Origin: the human T2T-CHM13v2.0 reference genome, Homo sapiens
Direction: 5' to 3' (one strand)
Length of the DNA stretch: 64,000 bases
Assembly (NCBI RefSeq): GCF_009914755.1
Contig: NC_060937.1
This document shows, one piece after another, positions 44,232-58,528 of this stretch. Below the pieces are notes generated by a model. It was given only the letters and a program-made list of their open reading frames with translations. It did no database searches and was not told the DNA's origin. Within the stretch, counting starts at the first letter, position 1. Every line of letters begins with the position of its first letter. The translations under genes were made by a program, and so were the position numbers.

Positions 44232-46269
44232 ACCTTATATGTTTTTTGTGAGAAATGAATGGCATACAATATGAAAAGTGGTTTCCTAATGCTCGGCTTT
44301 GTGGAAAGCCTGCTGGGGCATGCTCTGATTGTTCGTATTTATTACTTTTTCTCTTCTTTCACCCCAGAAGGTCTTTCATGTCACAGTGACTCATGTCCCT
44401 CTATAATTGGACAATCATATAGAAAACAAACATGTTCTTACATTTGTAAAGGGCACTTGAGCTTCCTGTTAGCTGGACTTTGTCCTTGAAACAGAGAGAT
44501 CCTGTAGGAAAGAGTCCCCAGGCACACTCAGACATAGCTAAAAAGGTTGTAGTTAGGGCTTATTTATTCATCACATATATATAACGCAGTTTTCCAGACA
44601 CTTGGCCTAATTCAGTGAAGACAACAGATGACAGTTCCTGGGCCACAATTTACTTCAGGGAGTCAGACACTCAGAGAGGACATCATAAGCAGGTCATGTT
44701 CACAGAATGTGAGAACTGATGTTCTCATGCTCTCCTCTAGGAATGGATGCACCTGTCAGCTTCTGATCAGAACGACAGACCCAGGATCAAGCATAACATT
44801 TAAATAGACGAATAAAACTTTTTTCCAAAAAGTAACATTGCTTTATGATAAAAACTCTCAACAAATTAGGTGTAAAGTAAATTCACTTCAAAGCATTAAA
44901 GGCCATGTATTACAAATGAATAGCTGGGCGGGCAGATCTGCCATAAGGCAAGGGCATCCGCTTCCCTAGATACATATCCAGGGGCACAGAGAATGAGCAG
45001 TTCCAGGGTTGTGTCTCACATGGGGTCCTCTCCAGGTCGGTTTCAAGAGGACAGGACTGGGGTTCTGCATCCACTTCTGTGGAGAGCTGGAAGTAAAATG
45101 AGCTATGCTCCACCTCAGCCTAATGTAGACAATGGCTACAGAGAAGACTGTTTTCTTCCTCATAAATAGGGGTGCTCGAAGTGGGTAACCTTGATTGTTT
45201 CACATACTCATAAGTGTCTGCCAGCCTTGATTCTTCATTGGTGAACTAAGACTCTTTGCTCTGAAACTCTGCAGAAATGCTTCTACTCCCTGGAGGCCCT
45301 TCAAATCAGAGAGAGGCATGGCCACTCCAGAGGCATTTTGGGTAGATAAAGATGGGATAGAGCTAAACGTGTCAGAACACTGGACCCTGAGTCTGAAGTC
45401 ATGGGAAAATGCCAGTTCCTGTTGGGTTTTTGAGCTCCTCATTTGAAAGTCGTATTAAATAATTTCCCTGGATAAGGGGAGGGTGCCTCATGAGTAAATA
45501 GCACACTCCAAATGGTGGAGGCAAAGAGAGGGCAATGGAGGATTCCAAGGTCACTCAGTGTACTTGGAGCCTTCAGATTCTGCTCCTTTGTCCTCTGGAA
45601 CTCCAAAGACTCAGTGTCTTGAGGACACAAAACAATGGTACCTGATTTGTTCCATAATGTTCCTGCATGGGGCTGCAGTGTTAGTGATGGCCTGGAGGTG
45701 GTTACAGCCTGCTGTGTTTCTGGTGCCTATTGAGCTTTGCTGGAGCAGCTGGAGCAAGTAAGAGTCACACACCTCATGTTATTATCAACAATTTCCACAT
45801 TGCCCACTTAGCCAATCTTTTTTCCCTTGCACTCACCCTTTGCCAGCTACCCTGGTGGGTCCAACATGTGGCACAGAAAATGATTACATCATGCCTGCAT
45901 ACCCCTCCAAGGACAGAACAGTCTGAAGCCAGCTCGACAAAAGCACTAAAGCAAGTATATATAAAAGAAAAGAGCAAGGACTATTATATAAAGTAGAATG
46001 TTGAGAAGAAGAGCTGCAAAGTCATTGCATGGGGGGACCCAAAGTCCTCACTGAGGTGATCTTTAATCCATGATGAGAATGACAACAGGGAGGCATCTCT
46101 GCACAAGAATGTGTCAGTGAGAAGCCACCCTTGGTGAAGAGTCTTACAGGTGTGAGTTTGGCAGAGATTAGAAAGGGACCAATTTGGTACAGACAGCCTG
46201 AGGAAGAGATAAGCAGAGGCATGGAGAATCCTGGGGCTTGGGAGATGAGGCTAGATATCGGCTCCTTTC

Positions 46270-47620
46270 TGACAACATTGCCCTAAAACTTAGCACCTTT
46301 CAATAGTATATACTATCTCACAATTTGTGTGGACCAGAATCTGGACACAGTTTAGTTAGCTGCCTCTGCCTTCAGGTCTCTTATGAGATTGGGGCTGTGG
46401 TCTCAACTGAATGTGGACCGGAAAAGCATCAACCTTTAGGCTCATGCTTGTGAAAATTGGCAGGGTTAAGGGTAGACTGAGAGCATGACTTTACTTCTGT
46501 CTACTGCCTGAGCACTCCCTCCGTTCTTTGTTATGTGCGTCTGTACATAGAGCATCTCATAGCATTGGAGCTTGCTTCCTCTGTTTGAGGAATACAATTG
46601 AGAGACAGAATTAGGCAAACAGTTTCACACAAAGAGACATAAAGAAATGGAAAGACTGAGGAAGCAAATAGGAAAAACCCAGTAGGAGGAATAATGACAG
46701 CTTTAAAAAAACTTGAGAGTTACAATAATTTGTATTAAAATTGTAACCCCCAGTGTAATGCTATAAGGAGATAGGTTGTAATTAACTCCTGAGGTTGAGG
46801 CCATCATGATTGAGATTACTGGCTTTATACAGGAAACCCCAGAGGGATGTCTATCTCCTTCTATCAAATGAGAATAAAATTTGATGTGTGCAGTCTGAAA
46901 TTCAGAAGAGTCATCACCAGAGCTCAACCATGCTGATACCCTGATCTCAAATTTCCAACCTCTAGGAGTGTGAGAAATTAAATCCTGTTGTCTATAAGCT
47001 GTCTAGTTCATGGTTCTTTGGTATAGCAGCCTGAACTAATACAAAGTCATACACTATTCTGTATTCCATTTGACAGAAGCTGAATTTGTGCCTTCAAACT
47101 GTTAAAAAAAAAAAAGACTTTAAAAATTGGATATTCAGAATGAAAGATAAGAAACAGCTTGTTGAAACACTTAAATCTCCTCTGCTTATAAGATTTTAAA
47201 AAATTGGCTGAAATATGTTGGAAGCAATATGGCCAACTGAAGTCCATGGAGAATGAGTTTGCTGATGTTAGAGCCCAAATTTCCGTTGCATGTTTCATAT
47301 TAACTCTCCCTGAATATTCATGTGACCTGTGAGGAAGCAAGAGGAGATGACTGTGCATGTCTCATGACTTTCCATATTACTACTTTCCTTCCAGCAATCC
47401 TCTCCTAATCCAGAGCCCACTTCTTAAGCATTTTTTAATCAACACCTTAAAGCCTATATAAGGAAACTGATTTGAGCTGGACTCCTATCTCCTGTTGGCC
47501 AACCTACAACAAGATGCCATTTTTCTCAAAACCCAAGTGCCATACTACTGGCATCGAGCAGTAGGTCATTTTGTTCAATAACAAACTGAGTCACTAACCA
47601 CCTAGTGCTGGGAGACTTTG
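46270..47620. mobile_element. MLT1-type LTR interrupted by an MST/MLT1A-like LTR (~46720-47043) and an ERV1-type LTR (~47080-47583)
   Basis: MaLR motifs (GCAGCCTGAACTAATACA end); LTR end TTTTGTTCAATAACA. Families and boundaries approximate. Confidence 0.5.
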
Positions 47621-47704
47621 TGAAGGCTTTCCCCAACTTAGGTGAGATAAGGCACATGGATATAATTCTATATATAATAAGAAGTCACTAGAAAGTTTAA
47701 TAGT

Positions 47705-48045
47705 TGTATTAGTCCATTTTTATACCGCAATGATGGAATACCTGGGACTGGGTAATTTATAAAGAAAAGAGGTTTAATTGACTCACAGTTCCACAAGATT
47801 TGGTGGGGGAGGCTCAGAAACCTTCCAATTATGGTGGCCAACAAGTGAAGTGAGTGAGAGCAGGGGATACACCAGAAGCTTATGAAACCATCAGATCTCA
47901 TGAGAACTCACTCACTATCACAAGAACAGCATGAGAAAAATCCGTCCCCATAATCCAATCAACTCCCCTCAGGTTTCTCCCTTAACACCTGGAGGTTATA
48001 ATACAAAATGAGGTTTGGGTGGGGACACACAGCTAAACCACATCA
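47705..48045 (-). mobile_element. MaLR LTR (MSTA/THE1-like)
   Basis: TGTATTAGTCCAT...GGGTAATTTATAAAGAAAAGAGGTTTAATTGACTCACAGTTCCAC...AAACCACATCA. Confidence 0.85.
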
Positions 48046-49135
48046 GTGCCAGAGGATGATATCTACATTTAATTTCAACCTCGTACTGCAGCAGAATGAA
48101 ACTGAAGCCCAGTGGGGAAGTGACTTTCCCAAGATTACACTGCTGGACCCCAGGCCTACCTGAGTTGTGGCCCATGCTACCTCCCACCTATTCTCCTAAT
48201 GCTTCCATCTCTAAGTGTGTGCATTATTTACAGGTGAAACTACACCACGATTTTTACATTTTATCTTATATACATCTGATACATTCCCTAGGAAGTAGAT
48301 AACGTTATCCCCACTGTGCACGCTAGGAGGCTGGGGAAGCCTCAAATACACAGTGACTTTTATTAGGTCCCAGAGATGGTAAGAAAAACAAGGTTATGTT
48401 CCAGCTGTCTCTTATATCCTGGAACCCAGGATGCATTTAGGTCTTTCCAGGGAATTAAGGGGAAGTTGTGTTTGCATAATTGTGTACAAATAAAGAGTTG
48501 ACATGGAAGAGGAGACTGAGCAATCAGTAGCATAGTGGGGCCTTTGGGTAGGTCTTATAGAAAGAAGGGGCCCAGTAGATGGAACCTTGAAGAGTTTAAC
48601 ACACTTTCCTGGTGACAGAACCCCACAGCAGTTAAGAAACCAGGAACCCACATTCTTGAGACAGCTCTGTATCCACCTCTGTTGGTGAGAGATGCTCAAG
48701 AGAGTGAGATGTCCTTTCATTGTGCCTTGATATTTCTGAGTTGTAGCCTTACAAAGCCTCACTGTAAAAGCCTTCTCTGATAACACAGATGTCAACTCAG
48801 CCCTCATCCCTGATACCCCTGGCCATTGGCCAAGTGCACCTACAGATAACACAGAGCAGCCCAGGACATGTCCATCGAGGCCAGGCCTCTCTCATCATCT
48901 CATCTGGGCAGCCCCACGCCACTTCTTTGTACCATGAGTTGCAGGATGGACAAAAGAGAGGGCACTCTTCTTGGGCAGAAGCCGATTGTCAGGTGTTGGA
49001 ACTCTTGTGTGTCTGTTATGTTCATATTCAGGTCAGAGCTGGCAGAATAAAAATAAGAGAGTTGGGGACTGAGTCTGTATACTCAGATGTGAATAGCAAG
49101 ACTCTAACCTGATCTCTGGTTTCCTTCCTTGCTGG

Positions 49136-52100
49136 AGATTTATTTATTTATTTATACTTTAAGTTCTGGGATACATGTGCAGAATGTGCAGACTTGTTAC
49201 ATAGTTTTATATTTGCCATGGTGGTTTGCTGCATCTATCAAACTGTCAGCTAGGTTTTAAGCCCCACATATATTAGATATTTGTCCTAGTGCTCTCCTTC
49301 ACTTTGCCCCCTGACAAGCCCTGATGTGTGATGTTCCCCTCCCTGTGTCCATGTGTTTTCATTGTTCAAATTTCACTTATGAGTGAGAACATGTGGTGTT
49401 TGGTTTTCTGTTCCTGTTAGTTTGCTGAGAATGATGGCTTCCAGCTTCCTCCATATCCCTGCAATCTGAGGTCTCTGTTCTGTTCCATCTGTCTATATAT
49501 CTGTTTTGGTACCAGTATGACTTCCTCTCTTCCTATTTGCATACCCTTTATTTCTTTCACTTGCCTGATTACCCTGGCCAGAACTTCCAATACTATCTTG
49601 AATAGGAGTGCTGAGGGAGGACATCCTTGTCTTGTGCTGGTTTTCAAAGGGAATGCTTCCGGCACTTGCCTATTAAGTATGATATTGGCTAGGGGTTTGT
49701 CATAAACAGCTCTGATTATTTCGAGACTTTTTCCGTCAATACGTAGTTTATTTAGAGCTTTTAACATGAAGGGATATTAAATTTAATCTAAGGCCTTTTG
49801 TGCATCTATTGAGAAAATCCTGTGGTTTCTGTCATTGGTTCTGTTTATGTGATGGATTACATTTATTAATTTGCATACGTTGAACCAGCCTTGAATCCCA
49901 GGGATGAAGCTGACGTGATCATGGTGGATAACATTTTCGATGTGCTGCTGGTTTCAGTTTGCCAGTATTTTATTGAGGATTTTTACATCGATGTTCATGA
50001 GGGATATTGGCCTGAAATTTTTGTTGCGGTTGTGTCTTTGCGAGGTTTTGGTATCATTATGATGGTGACCTCATAAAATGAATTAGGGAGGAGTCCCTCC
50101 TTTTCAATTGTTTGGAATAGTTTAAGAAGAAATGTTACCAGCTGCTCTTTATGCTTCTGGTAAAATTCGGCTGTGAATCCATCTGGTTCTGAGCGTTTTT
50201 TTATTGGTAGGCTATTAATTACTGCCTCAATTTCAGAACTTGTTATTGGTCTATTCAGGGATTCAACTTCTTCCTGGCTTAGTCTTGGGAAAGTGTATGT
50301 GTCCAGAAATTTATCCATTTCTTCTATATTTTCTAGTTGATTTGTGTGGAGATGTCTATAGTATTCTCTCATGGTAGTTTTTATTTCTGTGGAATCAGTG
50401 GTGATATCCTGTTTATCATTTTTTAATGTGTCTATTTGTTTCTTCTTTCTTTTCTTCTTTATTAATCTAGCTAGTGGTCCATCTCTTTTGTTAATCTTTT
50501 CAAAAAACCAGCTAGTGGAGTCATTGATTTTGAACAGTTTTTCTTGTCTCTATCTCCTTCAGTTCTGCTCTGATCTTAGTTGTTTCTTTCCTTCAGCTAG
50601 TTTTTGAATTTGTTTCCTCTTGATTCTCTAGTTGTTTTAATTGTGATGTTAGGGTGTCGATTTCAGATCATTCCAGCTTTCTGTTGTGGGCATTTAGTGC
50701 TAGCATATCCCCTCTTAAAACTGCTTTAGCTGTGTCCAAGAGATTCTGGTACATTGTCTCTTTGTTCTCATTTGTTTCAAAAAAAACTTAATTTCTCTCT
50801 TAATTTTGTCATTTACTCAGTAGTCGTTCAGGAGCAGGTTGTTCAATTTCCATGTATTTATGTGGTTTTGAGTGAGTTTCTTAATCCTGAGTTCTGATTT
50901 GATTGCACTGTGGTCTGAGAGACAGTTTTTTATGGTTGCCATTTTTTCCATTTGTTGAGGAGTGTTTTGCTTCCAATTATGTGGTCAATTTTAGAATATG
51001 TGCTATGTGGCATGGAGAAGAATGTATATTCTGTTCGTCTGGCATGGAGAGTTCTGTAGTTGTCTATTAGGTCCGCTTAGTCCAGAGCTGATTTCAAATC
51101 CTGAATATCCTTGTTAATTTTCTGTCTCATTGATCTGTCTAATATTGGCAGTGGGGTGTTAAAACTTCCCAGTGTTATTGTGTGGGAGTCTACGTCTCTT
51201 TATAGGTCTGTAAGAACTTGTTTTATGAATCTCAGTGCTCCTCTGTTGGGTAGGTATATATATAGGATAGTTAGCTCTTCTTGTTGCATTGATCCCTTTA
51301 CCTTTATGTAGTGCCCTTCTTTGTCTTTTTTCATCTTGGTTTAAAGTCTGTTTTACAAGAAACTAGGATTGAAACCTTGCTTTTTTTGTTGTTGTTGTTG
51401 CTTTTTTTGCTTTCCATTTGCCATTTCTCCTTCCCTTTATTTTAAGCCTATGTGTGTCTTTGCATGTGAGATGTGTCTCCTGAATATAGCACACCAAAGA
51501 TTCTTGACTGTTTAACCAATTTGCCAGGCTCTGTCTCTTAATTGAGGTATTTAGCCCACTTATATTTATGGTTAATATTGTTATGTGTGAATTTGATCCT
51601 GTTATCATGATGCTAGCTGGTTATTTTGCACATTCGTTGATGCAGTTTTTTCATAGTATCGATTGGTCTTTATATTTTGGTGTGGTTTTGCAGTGGTGAA
51701 CCATATTTTCCTTTCCATATTTAGTGTTTCCTTCAGGAGATTTTGTAAGGCATGCCTGGTGGTGACATAATCCCTCAGCATTTGCTTGTCTGTGAAGGAC
51801 TTTATTTCCCCTTTGCTTTTGAAGATTAGTTTGGCTGGATATGAAATTCTGAGTTGAAAATTATTTTATTTAAGAATGTTGAATATTGGCCCCCACTCTC
51901 TTCTGGCTTCTAGAGTTTCTGCAAAGAGATCTGCTGTTAGTCTGATGGGCCTCCATTTGTAGGTAACCTGACTTCTCTCTCTGTCTGCCCTTAACATTAT
52001 TTCCTTCATTTCAACCTTGGAGAGTCTGGCGATTATGTGTCTTGGAGTTGCTCTTCTCGAGGAGTATCTTAGTGATGTTCTCTGTATTTCCTGAATTTGA

Positions 52101-53320
52101 ATGTTGGCCTGTCTTGCTAGGTTGAGGAAGTTCTCCTGGATAATATCCTAAAGTTTGTTTTCTAGCTTGGATCCATTCTTCCCGTCACTTTGAGGTATAC
52201 CAATCAATCGTAGGTTTGGTCTTTTCACATAGTCCCATATAACTTAAAGGCATTGTTTAGCTCCATCAGGCCATTTATGTTTCTCTCTAAGCTGGTTATT
52301 CTAGTTAGCAGTTCCCATAACCTTTTATCAAGATACTTAGCTTCTTTGCATTGTGTTAGAACATACTTCTTTAGCTCAGAGGAGTTTATTATTACCCACC
52401 TTCTGAAGACTACTTCTGTCAATTCTTCAATCTCATTCTCCATCCAGTTTTGTGTCATTACTGGAGAGGTGTTGTGATCATTTGGAGGAGAAAAGGCATT
52501 CTTGTTTCTGGAATTTTTGGCATTTTTGTGCTGTTTTTTCCTCATCTTCATGGATTTATCTACTTTCAATCTTTGGGGCTGATGACATTTGGATGGGGTT
52601 TTTTTTGGGGGGGTCCTTTCTGTTGATGTTGATGTTGTTGCTTTCTGCTTGTTAGTTTTTCTTCTAACAGCAAGGTTCTTCTGCAGGTCCAGTGCAGTTT
52701 GCTGGAGTTCCAATCCAGACCCTGTTCACCTGGGTGTCACCAGTAAAGGCTGCAGAACAGCAAAGATTGCTGCCTTCTCCTTCTTCTGGAAACTTCATCC
52801 CAGGAGGATACCCGCCCAATGCCAACTGGAGCCCTTTTGTATGAGGTGTCTGTCAACCCCTGTTAGGAGGTTTCTCCCAGTCAGGAGTCACGGGGAACCC
52901 ACTTGAGGAGACAGTCTGTCTCTTAGCAGAGCTGGTGCACTGTGCTGGCAGAATCCCTCTAGTCAAAATCAGCTGCTCTCTTCAGAGCCAGCAGGCAGGA
53001 ATGATGAAATCCACTGAAGCTGCACCCACAGCCTCCCCTTCCCCCATGTGCTCTGTCCCAGGGAGATAGAGGTTTTCTGTGTAAGCCTCTGACTAGGGCT
53101 GTTACCTTTCCTTCAAATATGACCTGCCCAATGAGGAGGACTCTAAAGAAGCAGTCTGCCACAGCCACTTTGCTGCACCCAACCCGGACCTTCCAGCCTC
53201 CTTGGCACTGTCAGGGGAAAACTGTCTACTAAAGCCTCAGTAATGGTGGACTCCACTCCCTCCAACTGACCTCAATTGGCCCAGGTCAACTTCAGACTGC
53301 TGTGCTGGCAGCGAGAATTT
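49136..53320 (-). mobile_element. Primate L1 (roughly L1PA7/8) with 5' UTR part, ORF1 and ORF2 remnants and internal deletions
   Basis: 3' end TTATACTTTAAGTTCTGGGATACATGTGCAG; ORF2 start MITGSNSHITILTINISGLN; ORF1 remnant (ORF 52225-52713); 5' UTR to ~53320; two deletion junctions at ~49464 and ~49517. Confidence 0.92.
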
Positions 53321-53664
53321 CAGGATGAGGAACGCATTAGCTGTTTGTGATTTTCATGTCTGTTGCAGGGATTTGACCCATTGTTAGTGCTAGATTTGGA
53401 GTCTTAAAAAACAGATTTATCTTACTGAACTCAAAGTACAACTTGAAGATGTACTCAGCTGTTTACTTAAATTGCAGCAGGAGAAAATGTATCTTTGCAG
53501 ATCTATTTTTATGTCACTTGCTTTTAGACACGAGATTGTCTCTGGCACAGTAATTCAACTTAGTCTATGTCAAAAACATAGCCTGAAAATGCTCAAAAAA
53601 AATTATGAATAGCAGATTGTATTCTATGTGTTCTCAAATTTCTTCTATGATGTAAAATATATAA

Positions 53665-54016
<352 letters not shown>

Positions 54017-56199
54017 CCACTTTCCCAAACTATTAAAAGACCTTCCAAGGTGGGTCAAAAGCATTTTTCAGAGAAGATTATTCCTAACAGTAAAGGATAA
54101 TAACAGATGGATAAAAATCTCAAATAAATTATGCCTCTATTTGCAGAAGCGTCACTCTCCAGAGTCTCCAAGATCCAGAGAATTTCCATGAGGTAGAGTA
54201 GTTTATGGACATTTAGCAAAGTTGGTCCTGACTGCTGTCTCAGCCTCTTAATAGATGTGCAGCTATAGACAATTTACTGGACTTAGAACAGTTATATAAA
54301 CCTGGGCTGCAAGAAAACGGATAACACTGATTGCAAGAATGGCAACCACTTCTCATTCCTCTCTGATCTGGGCCCTCTGCAATGTACACTTGAGGCTGCT
54401 TCCATGGAGGGAAAGATTTTCTTTTCCCAAATCTTGGATCTGGCTGGCCTTATTTGCTCTGCCTCATTCATACTTTTTGTTCTAATAAAATAATTAAGAT
54501 GTTTAGCGTCTCATCCCAGCCTTTATCTTGTTAAAACTATATCTTATAATATGTCATCTCTCTTTACTATATTTGGTTATATTCATTCTGTTCAATACTC
54601 AGGTAATTTTTTATCTCTGTTTAATTTAGTGTTTCACCTATACCTTGTCCTAATTTTTTTATTCTTTACATTCTACCGAGCTGTGATTCAAATATGATAT
54701 TTGAATATGGAAAATGGTGGCCTAGTTTTTCTTCAGAAATTTCTTTTTATTTACTTGTGTTCTTTAGTTTTTAACTTGGTTCCAATATTTGGGAAATATC
54801 ACATTTGAGATGTCTGTAGTCATGTTATTTCTGTGCTTATTCCATTTTCCCTTGGAGGAAGGTGGACAGCATACAGACTTGACATCCTTGTGATCTATCA
54901 GTATCTGAAGGGACCACTTTTTTTCAGTTTGATTACTTCTCTGGCTTATTCTCTTGATTTACTTTAGCTTTCATCAAGTGCTTCTATATTTTTAAACTGT
55001 ATTCATTATTTTCATAGTTTTTGTAGCTTCTTGAGAACTTTTACTTGTCTACACTAAAATATTTAAAAATATGTAGCCTTTTCTTCTGAAAGCACAAATA
55101 TGCAGTGTACACATGAGTAGAATATTTCATAGGCATTGGGCAGCATACAACCACATCTTATGAGATATTCCGTTTCTTCATTCAAAACATCTCTCTCAAA
55201 TATGTAGTAATAGTCACTTGTAAGGGGTAGTTCTTTTGATACTTAAAATTTTCTTTTATGTGCCTTTATGAAAATATATACTTAACTACAGAGAACAGAA
55301 CTCTGTGCTTCCTTTTAGTATGTCCTTGACCTCACAAAAATAATTCATGAAATCTTATATTTATTTTATAAATTAATTTAATGAAACAAAATTTGTGCAT
55401 GGCTAAATATTACTTGTTGAGTACAATTTAGAATTTCTACTGTCATTTTAGTGTCCTAAAAGATATGAGCTGTTGAATTTCTGCTCTCATAAAATGAATG
55501 ATATTGTTAGGCCTAAACCCTTGCCATTTATTTTCCCCCTCTGTCATACAGTGTGTATCTTTGGTTCACTGCTGAAAAATTTTATTAATTTTTCTCTCTT
55601 GCTAGTAGTCATACTTTCTAATAAAGTTATCATTACTTGTGTTTATTTAGTTACTGTATGTTAAACATTTGATTTCTGATGGTCTTAATGTCATTTAATA
55701 TAATTGTAAATATTTCAATTTGTCATTATTAACAAATTTCTGTATTATATGTTTTAGACTCAGCTATTAAGTATATGTGGGTAAATGACTTAGAATAATT
55801 TCTAAAACATTGTAGGGGCTACTAAGTACTAATAACCCTGATTCATTAAATTTTTATTCCTTATAATATTCTTTATTGACTAAATTATTTTGTAATCTTA
55901 TTTAAATTTATTCTTTTCTTTTCTAAATATTTGTGAAAAAGGGGTTAGGCTAATGTGTCATTTTGATAAAACTTCATGTCAAATGATATGTTTCACTGGT
56001 TTCTTTTAGATGTAATAGCTTTTTTGACTCAGGCAATACATGCAAGTATGAAGTATAAAAATTATAGTCTCAATCCTTAAGCTGAGGAAAAACTTGGCTA
56101 TTTATTGATTTTAACAAAGCTACATTATCCCACATAATACGTAAAACTTTCACAAAGCTACATTATCCCACATAACAGGCATACCAGCTGCCTAGATCT

Positions 56200-57150
56200 G
56201 GAAACATGGATTGTTACAAATTAGAAGTAAATAACTTGATAGGCCCAATTTAACAAATGAAGCTCAAGAAGTGGGAGATATGAGACCTATAATGAAAGAT
56301 TAAATTATTTTAAAAATCTTACCACAAAGAAAAATCAGAGTCAAATACTTTAACTGTTAAATTATACAAAATATTTCATAAAAATACCAATCCTTTACAA
56401 ATACACACCATACATAGATAAGAGATAAACAACCCCTAACTACTTTATGAGGCCAATATTACTATACCAAAGCCAGACAAACCCATCATGTGTTAGGATT
56501 AATATGGGTACATACGGCTGATAAATAAAGACACATAATTCTCAAAAAGTACTAATAAGTTAAATACAGAAACACGTAAAAGTAATTATACACCATGGCC
56601 AAGTACAATCTTTTTACAAATGAAGTGGCTTAATATCTAAAAACCAATAATTTAATACACAACATTGATAAAGTGAAGAACATAAAATGATCCTTTTAAT
56701 AGACACAGAAAAGCTTGTGATACAAACAACACTGATTCATTATAAAATCCTTAACATACTAGGAAGGAAAAACTTACTGGAACTACTAAAAAGGATTCAT
56801 AAAAATTTCCCACTAATATTACACTTGCTGATGAAAGACTAGGCTCTTTGCCTCACAGTTGTGGGAAACAGATAAGCATGGCTACTTTCGCTACTCTACT
56901 AAATTGAACTAAAGGTGTTAGGCAGAGAAATTATATAATAAAAACAAATAAAACTTCTAAATTTATAAAATAAACTTTTATTGTAAATGGCATCAACTTA
57001 TATTCAAGAATTTTTAAAGAGTTTACAAAAATCAACTGGAACTAATAAATGAGTTCAGCAGGTCACAAGATACAAGATAAATGCACAATATTAAATTGCA
57101 CTTTTATACAGTAACTAAGGGCAATCAGTAAATAAAATTAGAAAAAATAA
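56200..57150 (+). mobile_element. Old L1M ORF2 fragment
   Basis: TTTATGAGGCCAATATTACTATACCAAAGCCAGAC, ATAGACACAGAAAAGC and GAACTAATAAATGAGTTCAGCAGGTCACAAGATACAAGAT are L1 ORF2-like. Confidence 0.75.
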
Positions 57151-57269
57151 TTCTACTCATTAGCTCAATGTGTAGTGGCTTAAAATTCCAAATATGCATT
57201 ATGTCTTATTTTCTGTTGGCTACAAATACTGACACAGTTTAGTTGAATGGGTCTACCACAATGTCCTCA

Positions 57270-58528
57270 TGTGTCCGGAATTGGTCGGTTCTTGGTCTCA
57301 CTGACTTCAAGAATGAAGCCGCGGACCCTCACGGTGAGTGTTACAGTTCTTAAAGGCAGCGTGCCTGGAGTCTTTCCCTTCTAATGTCAGCATGTGTTTG
57401 GAGTTTCTTTCTTCTGGTGGGTTCGTGGTCTTTCTGGCTCAGGAGTGAAGCTGCAGACCTTTGTGGTGAGTGTTACAGCTCATAAAGGCAGTGTGGACCC
57501 AAAGAGTGAGCAGCAGCAGGATTTATTGCAAAGAGCGAAAGAACAAAGCTTCCACAGTGTGGATGGGGACCCGAGAGGGTTGCCACTGCTGGCTCGGGCA
57601 GCTGCTTTTATTCTCTTATCTGGCCCCACACACATCCTGCTGATTGGTCCATTTTACAGAGAGCCAATTGGTCTGTTTTACAGAGAGCTGATTGGTCCCT
57701 TTTCACAGGGTGCTGATTGATGCATTTACAATCCTTGAGCTAGACACAAAGTTCACCACGTCTCTACTAGATTAGCTAGATACAGAGTGTTGATTGGTGT
57801 ATTTACAAACCCTGAGCTAGACACGGGGTGCTGATTTGTGTGTTTATAAACCTTGAGCTAGATACAAAGTGTCGATTGGTGTATTTACAATCCCTTATCT
57901 AGACATAAAGTTTCTCCAAGTCCCCACCAGACTCAGGAGCCCAGCTGGCTTCACCCAGTGGATCCCGCACCAGGGCCGCAGGTGGAGCTGCCTGCCTGCC
58001 AGTCACACGCTGTGCTCCCGAACTCCTCAGCCCTTGGGTTGTCGATGGGACTGGGTGCCATGGAACAGGGGGTGGAGCTCGTTGGGGAGGCTCGGGCCGC
58101 ACAGGAGCCCTTGGCCGGAGTGGGGGAGAGGCTCAGGCAAGGCGGGCTGCAGTTCCCGAGCCCTGCCCCGTGGGGAGGCAGCTAAGGCCTGGCGAGAAGT
58201 CGAGCACAGCAGCTGCTGGCCCAGGTGCTAAGCCCCTCACTGCCTGGGGCTGGCGGGGCCAGCTGGCCGCTCCAAGTGCGGGGCCGCCAAGCCCACGCCC
58301 ACCCGGAACTCGCGCTGGCCCGGAAGCACCGCGGGCAGCCGCGGTTCCTGCCCGCTCCCCGCAAGATAAGGGAGCCGGCTCCGGCATTGACCTGCTGAGA
58401 AAGGGGCTCCCACAGTGCAGCGGTGAGCTGAAGGGCTCCTCAAGCGCGGCCAGAGTGGGCGCCAAGGCCGAGGAGGCACCAAGAGTGAGCGAGGGCTGTG
58501 AGGGCTGCCAGCATGCTGTCACCTCTCA
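57270..58528 (-). mobile_element. LTR12 (ERV9 solo LTR, LTR12C-like) with tandem NF-Y/GATA enhancer repeats
   Basis: TGTGTCCGGAATTGG...GCTGTCACCTCTCA with 4-bp TSD CTCA/CTCA; repeated GATTGGT and GAGCTAGA(C/T)AC units at ~57640-57900. Confidence 0.95.
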
